DNA of 10,789 nucleotides, taken from positions 1 through 10,789 of the forward strand of contig NW_021827314.1 of NCBI RefSeq assembly GCF_006345805.1, read 5' to 3'. The position numbers and the translations under genes are program-made. Each line of letters begins with the position of its first letter. Within the stretch, counting starts at the first letter, position 1. This DNA is from Octopus sinensis. Lineage: Eukaryota. The notes beneath the pieces were generated by a model, which ran no database searches, was not told the origin of the DNA, and saw only the letters and a program-made list of their open reading frames with translations. Below are positions 1 to 8,570 of the stretch, in pieces.

Positions 1-81
1 GGCCGACGAAGCGTCGATGCTTCCAGGGCTAACGCGTGTGTAATTCCCTTACAGACTGTCACGTTAAGTTGACAGTATACA

Positions 82-212
<131 letters not shown>

Positions 213-436
213 TGCAATTATTTTGTATTTGCCGTATTTAATATATTTGATGTGTCTAATTTGCCTATCCCGATAATTGCCTCTATATCCGCTTAATCTG
301 ATCACTCTTCTGGCATTTCTTTACATCGCGGAATCAATTCCCTGTAAAGATATCGGAGTCTTGGTTCGAATCTTCTGAGCACTACCAAAAGTCTTCTATA
401 CACAGAATATCTGGATCTTATCTGTGGACTATATTG

Positions 437-1257
<821 letters not shown>

Positions 1258-1348
1258 TTCAATCGGTTCACAAATCCAACCACACAACACCGCCAAACGC
1301 TAAAATCCAGCTTCAATATTCCACCAACCACACTCTTATCTCCGAAAT

Positions 1349-1460
1349 ACTCACGCAAGTTTCAGCTTTCAGCGATTCTCACAAATAACGACTCGAGTTA
1401 TCAACAGACGACAAAACGTTCGTCGTCGAAAACGTCAAACGAATCTACTTCCGCCATCAT
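1349..1460 (-). promoter_or_regulatory. Candidate promoter / non-coding first exon (overlapping YY1+ETS-like motif, downstream splice donor)
   Basis: Minus strand reads ATGGCGGAAGT at 1457-1447 in a CpG-containing patch, followed by a consensus donor GC|GTGAGT at 1354-1349. Motif evidence only. Confidence 0.22.
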
Positions 1461-1865
1461 TATCTAATTAAAATTAGATATCTATTTACAAATTCCATTA
1501 AAATAAAGACGATAGTATTCTCTAAAAGTTCTGACAGATTTCACTGATGATAAAACCCAAAGATTCACAGCAAGAGACTTCTTTCTGAAAACATTATTGT
1601 TTAATTCTGCATTCGTATTCAGGCTTGTATATTTAATTTCCGCTCGTTATAGATGTTTTAAACAGAAGTGTCGCGTGCTTTGTTTGTTTATGTATGTATC
1701 TTAGAGAATATATAATGATTGTTATGGGTAAATGCTAATATAATATGCAATCCTGCCTAGTCTGGTATTGTTTAACACTAAGAGAATATGAAATATTGCA
1801 TTCATTGTAAGCGGTAATTATGCGCGTTCAAAATGTTTTCATAAACGCTGTGACCGCCATCTTTG

Positions 1866-2190
1866 TATATATGTATGTGGGTATGTATGTATGTATGTAT
1901 GTATGTATGTATGTATGTATGTATGTATGTATGTATGTATGTATGTATGTATGTATATATGTGTGTATGTTATGTTTGTTTGTATGTATGTATATTTGTA
2001 TGTCATTATTCAGTTTTATTTCAAGATTTCTTGCCAATAAAGAACCGGTTTCTAACCTAGATCCAAGACTCCTTCATTGGAATTTCAACATCAACAGGGA
2101 ATTTTTGTATGTATGTATGTATGTATGTATGTATGTATGTATGTATGTATGTATGTATGTATGTATGTATGTATGCATGTATGTATATAT
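1866..2190. repeat. (TATG)n microsatellite, interrupted at 2003-2106
   Basis: Long TATG runs about 1866-2002 and about 2107-2190. Confidence 0.96.
2003..2106 (-). mobile_element. Unique ~104 bp island inside (CATA)n; probable 3'-end fragment of a retroelement
   Basis: Non-repetitive sequence flanked on both sides by the same microsatellite. On the minus strand it ends ...GAAATAAAACTGAATAATGA followed directly by CATAC repeats, with AATAAA at 2020-2015. Confidence 0.45.
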
Positions 2191-2293
2191 ACAGATTTGT
2201 ATGTTTTTCTTTAGGTATGTATTATATGCATATACCTACATATCTAGACATGCTCATATACTTCTAGAACGTTTTACAGACTTTTACAGTTCC

Positions 2294-2486
2294 AGACAGA
2301 TAGATAGATAGATATGCAGGCAAGCAGGTAGGTAGGTTGGTAGATAGATAGATAGAAAATAGATAGATAGATAGGTAGGTAGATATGTAGATAGATAGAC
2401 AAATGTATACATAGACAAATAGATAGATAGATGGATAAATAGATAGGTAGATAAATAGATAAAGAGATAGATAGATAGATGAGCAA

Positions 2487-2531
<45 letters not shown>

Positions 2532-2539
2532 AGATAGAT
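2294..2539. repeat. (GATA)n microsatellite, left segment
   Basis: Degenerate then pure GATA repeats abutting the 3' end of LINE copy 1. Confidence 0.96.
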
Positions 2540-3690
2540 CTGTTCCTTATTAGCCACACAGGGCTGCACACAGATAGAACACATTACAAGGTAGAGCTTT
2601 TCTTTTGAAGGTTTAAAAAAAAAAGGAAGGGGGAGTTTCGATCAAAAGGGATCGTAAAAGGAGAGAAAGAGGACAAAAAAAGGGGGGTTAAAAAAAAGGG
2701 GGAGAGAGAAAAAAAAAATTGATCAATAGGGATCGTTCTCACAGAAATGTCAATATGAAGTGTAAGGGGAGGACGGTGAGGTTACCCGTGGAAAGAAAAG
2801 CCTACGGAAAAGACCACGTAACCTCGGTCAATGGAGTCACATTTTATATTTCTTTTTTTTTTTTGCAAATAAGCAACTCTTGTTTTCAATTTCTGGGTTC
2901 ATAGGATCATGCTCAAGGTGGCTTCGTCATTCATACGTGCCATTCGCTACATTCACCCATCTTTTTTTAAAACATTCGCTAGACAAAACTTGCCTCTCTA
3001 CTCTCACTTTCCTTTTCAAGTGGTACTTGAAGAAGTTGATGAGAGATTGCACCGAGAGGAAAGTGTTTGTCTCCAATCCTTTCAGACGCGTCCACCAGAT
3101 ACATTCTTTCGCCATAGCCACAAGGATGATGAAAATAGCTCTTCCTTCCCGTTTGAAGGAGGGAGGCGTGACAATATTAACGATAGACTCAGCTGATTAA
3201 ACCGACTCGTCCCACACGTGACAGCAGTTGTTTCGACACAAGCCCACAGTCGGAAATTGTTGGACACTGCACGAGTGCGTGCAGAACGGTTTCGTCGCTC
3301 TGACCGCATCTCGGCAGGTCGGCCCCGGTTTCTCGAGCCGTGTCTGTAGAGCTTATCCCGAACGGGTAGCGCTTCTCCGGTAGCACTGCCAGGCCAGGGA
3401 TATCTGGAAGGAAGTTGTCCATGGGTCCTGGCCCGAAAGTCGTTGAACAGGCGGGTCAGGTACTCCTCGTCGACGTCCAGGTTCGCCCCGAGCTCGTCGT
3501 CGTACCTCTCCTCCACTAACCCCTATAGAATGCTTTGGTTGTGTTGAAGTCACTCAAGGTCGACCCAGGACGCAGAGTTGCTTGAGAGCAACGCGACACT
3601 CGCGGTGCCATTCGCCCTTCCTCGGCTTTTTGATCCACGACTGCAGTTCGTCATGGAGACGAGCTGCGGGAAAGCGTGCCTCACAAACGA
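2540..3690 (-). mobile_element. 5'-truncated Tx1/L1-group non-LTR retrotransposon, copy 1
   Basis: Roughly 90% identical by eye to 3767-4882. The minus strand encodes a frameshifted ORF2 C-terminus, then a ~360 bp pyrimidine-rich 3' UTR ending CTAATAAGGAACAG-(ATCT)n. Confidence 0.85.
2899..3690 (-). pseudogene. Frameshifted ORF2 C-terminus (zf-RVT-type CCHC zinc knuckle region), copy 1
   Basis: Joining frames from the ORF track gives ...[26 protein letters not shown] / [23 protein letters not shown] / SLAWQCYR / [13 protein letters not shown] / PRCGQSDETVLHALVQCPTI / MAKECIWWTRLKGLETNTFLS.QSLINFFKYHLKRKVRVERQVLSSECFKKRWVNVA. The C-x2-C-x8-H-x4-C spacing needs one restored base for the first Cys. 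The inferred stop TGA is at 2901-2899. RT and EN domains are absent. Confidence 0.82.
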
Positions 3691-3766
3691 GATAGATAAA
3701 TAGATAGACATATTTGGTTGATTGATAGATTGATAGATAGATAGATAGATGATAGATAGATAGATA
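3691..3766. repeat. (GATA)n microsatellite spacer between the two LINE copies
   Basis: Degenerate GATA/GATT repeats. Confidence 0.93.
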
Positions 3767-3928
3767 TGTTTCTTTATTAGCCAACAGGGCTGCACACAGA
3801 TAGAACAAATTACAAGGTAGAGAGCTTTCTTTTGAAGGTATTAAAAAAAAAAAAAAAAAAAAAAGGAAGGGGGAGGTTCGATCAAAAGGATCGTAAAAGG
3901 AGAGAAAGAGGACAAAAATAAGGGGGGG

Positions 3929-3960
<32 letters not shown>

Positions 3961-4882
3961 TAAAGGGGGGGAGAGGAAAAAAAAATGATCAATAGGGATC
4001 GTTATCACAGAAATGTCAATATGAAGTGTAAAGGGGAGGACAGGTGAGGTTTACCGTGGAAAGAAAAGCCTGCGGAAAAGACCACGGTAACCTCGGTCAA
4101 TGAAGTCACATTTTATATTTCTTTTTTTTTTTTTTTTTTTTTTGCAAATAAGCAACTCTCTGTTTTCGATTCTGGGTTCATAGGACTATGCTCAAGGTGG
4201 CTTCGTCATTCATACTTGCCATTCTTGCTACATTCACCCATCTTTTTTTAAAAATTCGCTAGACAAAACTTGCCTCTCTACTCTCACTTTCCTTTTCAAG
4301 TGGTACTTGAAGAAGTTGATGAGAGATTGACCAGAGAGGAAAGTGTTTGTCTCCAATCCTTTCAGACGCGTCCCACCAGATACATTCTTTCGCCATAGCC
4401 ACAAGGATGATGAAAATAGCTCTTCCTTCCCGTTTGAAAGAAGGAGGCGTGACAATATTGACGATAGACTCAGCTGATAACCCGACTCGTCCACACGTGA
4501 CAGCGTTGTCGACATAAGCCCACAGGTCGAAATTGTTGGACACTGAACGAGTGCGTGCAGAACGGTTTCGTCGCTCTGACCGCATCTCGGCATGGTGGAC
4601 CCGTGTTTCTCGAGCCGTGTTGTAGAGCTTATCCCGAACGGGTAGCGCTTCTCGGTAGCACTGCCAGGCCAGGGATCTTCTGGAAGTTGTCCATGGGCCC
4701 TGGCCCGAAAGTCGTCCCGAACAGGCGGGTCAGGTACTCCTCGTCGACGTCCAGGTTCGCCCCGAGCTCGTCGTCGTACCTCCCCTCCACTAAACACCTA
4801 TAGAATGCTTTGGTTGTGTTGAAGTCACTTAAGGTCGACCCAGGACGGCAGAGTTGCTTGAGAGCAACGCGACACTCGCGGT
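3767..4882 (-). mobile_element. 5'-truncated Tx1/L1-group non-LTR retrotransposon, copy 2
   Basis: Same sequence and orientation as 2540-3690 but truncated about 85 bp earlier: ...ACTCGCGGT at 4882 corresponds to 3606 in copy 1. Its 3' end is CTAATAAAGAAACAT-(ATCT)n. Confidence 0.85.
4178..4882 (-). pseudogene. Frameshifted ORF2 C-terminus, copy 2
   Basis: Frames join to [58 protein letters not shown] / [19 protein letters not shown] / PRCGQSDETVLHALVQCPTI / DLWAYV / LSAESIVNIVTPPSFKREGRAIFIILVAMAKECIWW / TRLKGLETNTFLSGQSLINFFKYHLKRKVRVERQVLSSE. The inferred stop TGA is at 4180-4178. Confidence 0.82.
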
Positions 4883-5022
4883 AGATAGATAGATAGATGG
4901 ATAGATAGATAGATCGATAGATAAATAGATAGATAGATATATAGATAGACAGATAGATATACAGACAGACAGATAGATAGACAGACAGATAAATAAATAG
5001 ACAGACAGACAGATAGATAGAC

Positions 5023-5053
<31 letters not shown>

Positions 5054-5058
5054 CAGAC

Positions 5059-5135
<77 letters not shown>
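4883..5135. repeat. (GATA/GACA)n microsatellite, right segment
   Basis: Long GATA run abutting the 5' truncation of LINE copy 2. Confidence 0.96.
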
Positions 5136-5176
5136 CCATTCTTTTGTTGCTATATGATTAATATAATTTTTATACG

Positions 5177-5266
5177 GACCTGGGGTCGATTTGATTCAAC
5201 TAAAGGTAGTGCTCCAGCATGGCCATAGTCAAATGACTGAAACAAGTAAAAGAGTAAAAGAGTAAA
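5177..5266 (+). mobile_element. 3' fragment of the same SINE family as 6639-7421, opposite orientation
   Basis: ...GGGGTCGATTTG...ACTAAAGG.AGTGCTCCAGCATGGCC..AGTCAAATGACTGAAACAAGTAAAAGAG matches the reverse complement of about 6667-6745. It ends in an (AGTAAAAG)n tail. Confidence 0.85.
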
Positions 5267-5274
5267 TTCATTTA

Positions 5275-5701
5275 TATTTCATTCGATATTTCTCCTGTTC
5301 GTCCTGGATACTCAGTCAAAAAGTCACAGCTGGTAGTTCACAGATTTAGTATTCAGTCCAGCTGTAACTATATTATCCAGTTGTTCGATTTTTTTGTGAG
5401 TCTGTTAATAAGGTCTTGGAGAAATACCGTCCAAAGTCGGTTATCAAGGAGAAATAGCTTACCAGTATTTATCTCTCGTCTCGTAAACCATTGACAATCT
5501 GTCATAAGGACACAGATGGCAGTTCGCAAATTTATAATCCACTTAATATCTGATTACGCTATCCAAATATTCGATATTTTTCCTGAAGCGTTTCATATTT
5601 TTGAGAAATATCGTTATGATACGCCTAATTAGTTAGCTTTCGAAGGTCGTTATTAAGAGCAATTAGTTCACCAGTCGTTACATCTCTCATAATCTTGGAT
5701 A
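5275..5701. repeat. Degenerate ~185-200 bp repeat family, cluster 1 (about 2 units)
   Basis: CACAGCTGGTAGTTCAC (5325) recurs as CACAGATGGCAGTTCGC (5511), a period of 186. Shares AAAGTCACAGCTGGTAGTT (5320-5338 = 9147-9165) and CAAATTTATAATCCACTT (5527-5544 = 8969-8986) with the distal cluster. Confidence 0.65.
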
Positions 5702-6095
5702 TCTATATATATAAAAGTGATGTTGTGTGGTGTCCGTCTCCTATGATTTAGATTCCTAACTACTCCAACATTTTGCGATGCAGTTTAACCAAAAGCGGGT
5801 ATCTTATAGTCGTGATTCATATCGAGCCCTTCTGGGTATTAGCGCGCGTCTACGATGAGTCTACGATTAAAAAAAAAAATACCATAATTTTTTCCCATTT
5901 TTAATGCATTTTTGGCATATATAAGGGAAGTAACTCTCTAAAATCTATTATTAAATCTCAGAACGTAAAAAGCTACAGTAACACCCCCCCTTTGTGGTTA
6001 GCCATATTGAGATGGCTATTATACTTTACATCTCTAAAAATGCTTATATAGTTATTTCCCTTATAAACTCGAGCAACGCCGGGTGATACTGCTAG
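5702..6095 (+). mobile_element. Non-autonomous Helitron, 394 bp
   Basis: 5' end TCTATATATATAAAAG. 3' end has a GC-rich subterminal hairpin CTCGAGCAACGCCGGG (6068-6083), 8 nt, then CTAG (6092-6095). Inserted between A5701 and T6096 with no TSD. The empty site CTTGGATA|TACAATCAT is present at 7241-7257. Confidence 0.88.
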
Positions 6096-6487
6096 TACAA
6101 TCATAAATTTGTGGTTGTTAGTTCTCGCTGTTTTTGATGATGCAATCCAAATGTCAGCTCCCTTTTGTAAGGCTTTTGAAAAAATTGGAACTCGTTAGTT
6201 TTATTGGCGAAATGAAACTTAATTTTGCTCAGATTGCTTTCGATTTTGGTGCATCGATGCATCTCTGGACTTTGATTACAATCAACCGATTACCCATAAT
6301 CTTTTTTTCCTGCCTTTAACCTTCCAGCGCGGAGTATAGGCCACTTATAGTTGAATTCCATGTGGCATAATTTTTCTCACAATTTTCTTTATCTCACAAA
6401 TTTACGAATCTGATGTTATTTGGAATTAAATTTGGGAAATTTGGGTAATTTTTAACCCATCAGCAGACAGCGTGACATTAGCTGCTT

Positions 6488-6501
6488 GTTACCATGACAA
6501 C
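6488..6501. promoter_or_regulatory. RFX X-box-like motif
   Basis: GTTACCATGACAAC fits the X-box consensus GTHNYY-AT-RRNAAC and lies in a CpG-containing unique patch (about 6460-6595). Confidence 0.3.
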
Positions 6502-6638
6502 CGCACGCTGTGTTGTGTTTCACTCCACCCGTGACTGTTCCTCACGTTGGTTTGCGTTTATTCTTCACACCACGAGGTTCTTTTCACTCGCCTGTTTTGT
6601 TTTAATTTTTCTATGTTTTAGTATATTATATATTTTTC

Positions 6639-7421
6639 TGTGCTTTTTCTGTATTCTCTTTCTTTCTCTTTTACTTGTTTCAGTCATTTGACTGCGGCCA
6701 TGTTGGAGCACCGCCTTTTAGTCGAAAGCAAATCGACTCCGGGACTTATTCTTTGTAAGCCCAGTACTTATTCTATCGGTCTCTTTTGCCGAACCGCTAA
6801 GTAACGGGGACGTAAACACACACCCATCGGTTGTCAAGCAATGCTAGGGGACAAACACAGACACACAAACCCAACACACACACATACACACACACACACA
6901 CCACACACACACCACACACACACACACACACCATATATATATACGACAGGCTTCTATCAGTTTCCGTCTACCAAATCCACTCACAAGGCATTGGTCGGCC
7001 CGGGGCTATAGCAGAAGACACTTGCCCAAGATGCCACGTAGTGGGACTGAACCCGGAACCATGTGGTTGGTAAGCAAGCTACTTACCACACAGCCACTCC
7101 TGTGCCTATCCAAATATTCGATATTTTTCCTGGAGCGTGTCAATGTTTTTGAGAAATAACGTTATGATACGCCTAATTAGTTAGCTTTCGAAGGTCGTTA
7201 TTAAGAGCAATTAGTTCACCAGTCATTACATCTCATAAATCTTGGATATACAATCATAAATTTGTGGTTGTTAGTTGACGCTGTTTTTGATGATGCAACC
7301 CAAATGTCAGCTCCTTCATGTAAGGCTTTTGAAAAAAATTGGAACTCGTTAGTTTTATTCGCAAAATAAAACCCATTTAATTTTGCTCAGATTGCTTTCC
7401 ACACAGCCACTCCTGCGCCTA
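6639..7421 (-). mobile_element. tRNA-head SINE with internal (TG)n tract, interrupted near its 5' end
   Basis: The minus-strand head TAGGCACAGGAGTGGCTGTGTGG... has an A-box-like TGGCTGTGTGG (7096-7086) and a B-box-like GGTTCAGTCC (7053-7044). (CA)n at about 6860-6932; 3' body 6672-6860 shared with the 5177-5266 fragment; pyrimidine-rich tail on the plus strand. Probable diverged TSD at 6611-6638 versus 7419-7445. Resembles octopus tRNA-derived SINEs from recall, unverified. Confidence 0.85.
7109..7398 (+). repeat. 290 bp local duplicate of 5562-5701 + 6096-6240 (pre-Helitron state)
   Basis: Colinear, about 90-94% identical by eye to the two Helitron flanks joined together. Bounded by a 23 bp direct repeat CCACACAGCCACTCCTG(T/C)GCCTA at 7086-7108 and 7399-7421. 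Confidence 0.92.
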
Positions 7422-7726
7422 TGTTAGCATTTTTATATATTTTTCATTTCATATATTTTGGGGACAAATTCTTTGTTGACGAATGTTATTCTTATCGTAG
7501 TTTACAAATCCAAACATGAAAACTTTACTCAACTTTGAAGTTTTAGAGACAGCAATCATATATTAATGATGTACACAAATACATGACAGGTATACATAAT
7601 ACTGAAATATGCATAAAGTAAACACATTCAGACAAATACATTAATATAACAAATTAAATAAATAATAAAAACACAATCAATAATGAGACAAAAGAAACAG
7701 TAAGATGTTACATACTGATTTTATTG

Positions 7727-7803
7727 GGTATATCTGTTTAATTAGAAACCTACAATGAAATTAGGTATTAGGTATTTCTGTTTAATTAGAAACTTACAAT
7801 GAA
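7727..7803 (+). repeat. Short tandem duplication, 33 bp x2
   Basis: GGTATATCTGTTTAATTAGAAACCTACAATGAA (7727-7759) versus GGTATTTCTGTTTAATTAGAAACTTACAATGAA (7771-7803), 31/33 identical. Confidence 0.9.
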
Positions 7804-8429
7804 CAGGGGATTTCACAGACGTTAAACTATAAATTTCACAGGGTACAACCTTAAAGTTGACACTGCGCCGCTAAACGCAGAAAATTTCTGTCTCGCTACA
7901 ATAAGACTGGAAAGCTACATTATTACAGCTGATTTTCAGATTTTTTTTTACTTCTCTTTAAAAAATGCATATTTTGTGAATTAGTTTAACTAGATCCAAA
8001 ACATTTTGACGAAACGTTGTATGAAATTCGTTATTAAGATCAAATATATTTTAAATGAAGTGATATGATTTGAAAGAAATTTGACCGCTATGCTTTGTAT
8101 ATTAATTGACCACTGTTTGATTTATAAATTAATTCTGATCAAGAAGATCAAGTGCAAAAAGCATTCAAGTTGTGGCCATCTCACCTTTTATAAATATCAT
8201 GGACTAGCAGCCGTCTCATGTTCTCTCTGTCACAACGTCAGAGTGAACGTGTCGAAGGAAGTGCAGGTAAACGGCGGGAGTAATTCCTGCGCTCTTTGTG
8301 CTGTGTGTTCCAGTTTCGAATCGAGGCTTCTTCGCAGCCAAGGGGTTTCTCACGACGGTAGAGCAAACGGGTGGATAAACGGCGCGGGTAAACGGCCGGA
8401 CTAACTCCGACACGATGCTACTTTTCAAT

Positions 8430-8570
8430 TGTCAGACAAATTTATAATTCACTTCATGTCCAATGGTACTATTCAATTATCAGACAATGTTTTATGCATC
8501 AGATGATAAGGTGTTTTGGAAGAAAGGTATCTGAAGTTTGCTATAAAGTACAATTAGCTTACCACGACGC
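8430..8570. repeat. Degenerate ~185-200 bp repeat family, partial unit
   Basis: CAAATTTATAATTCACTT (8437-8454), then ...GATAAGG...GAAGAAAG...GAAG...TATAAAG.ACAATTAGCTTACCA, colinear with 8969-9095. Confidence 0.6.

Noticed and set aside
8-76. Two imperfect palindromes, GAAGCGTCGATGCTTC (8-23) and ACTGTCACGTTAAGTTGACAGT (55-76)
   Set aside because: They are short, at the window edge, and have no partner terminus or family evidence, so they cannot be distinguished from chance.
363-372. B-box-like GGTTCGAATC suggesting a tRNA
   Set aside because: No acceptor stem, D-arm/A-box or cloverleaf could be built around it.
1820-2584. ORFs with YVCM / IYLS / HTYI repeats
   Set aside because: These are (TATG)n and (GATA)n translations.
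2719-4803. Individual ORFs such as 3082..3516, 3189..3422, 4234..4797, 4259..4585 and the plus-strand ORFs treated as independent genes
   Set aside because: The minus-strand ORFs are frameshift fragments of one LINE ORF2, and the plus-strand ORFs are antisense shadows.
4825-5139. 104 aa IYLS-repeat ORF
   Set aside because: It is a (GATA)n translation running into the LINE fragment.
7044-7108. tRNA gene
   Set aside because: A- and B-boxes are present, but the sequence continues into a SINE body with a TSD, so it is a SINE head rather than a tRNA gene.
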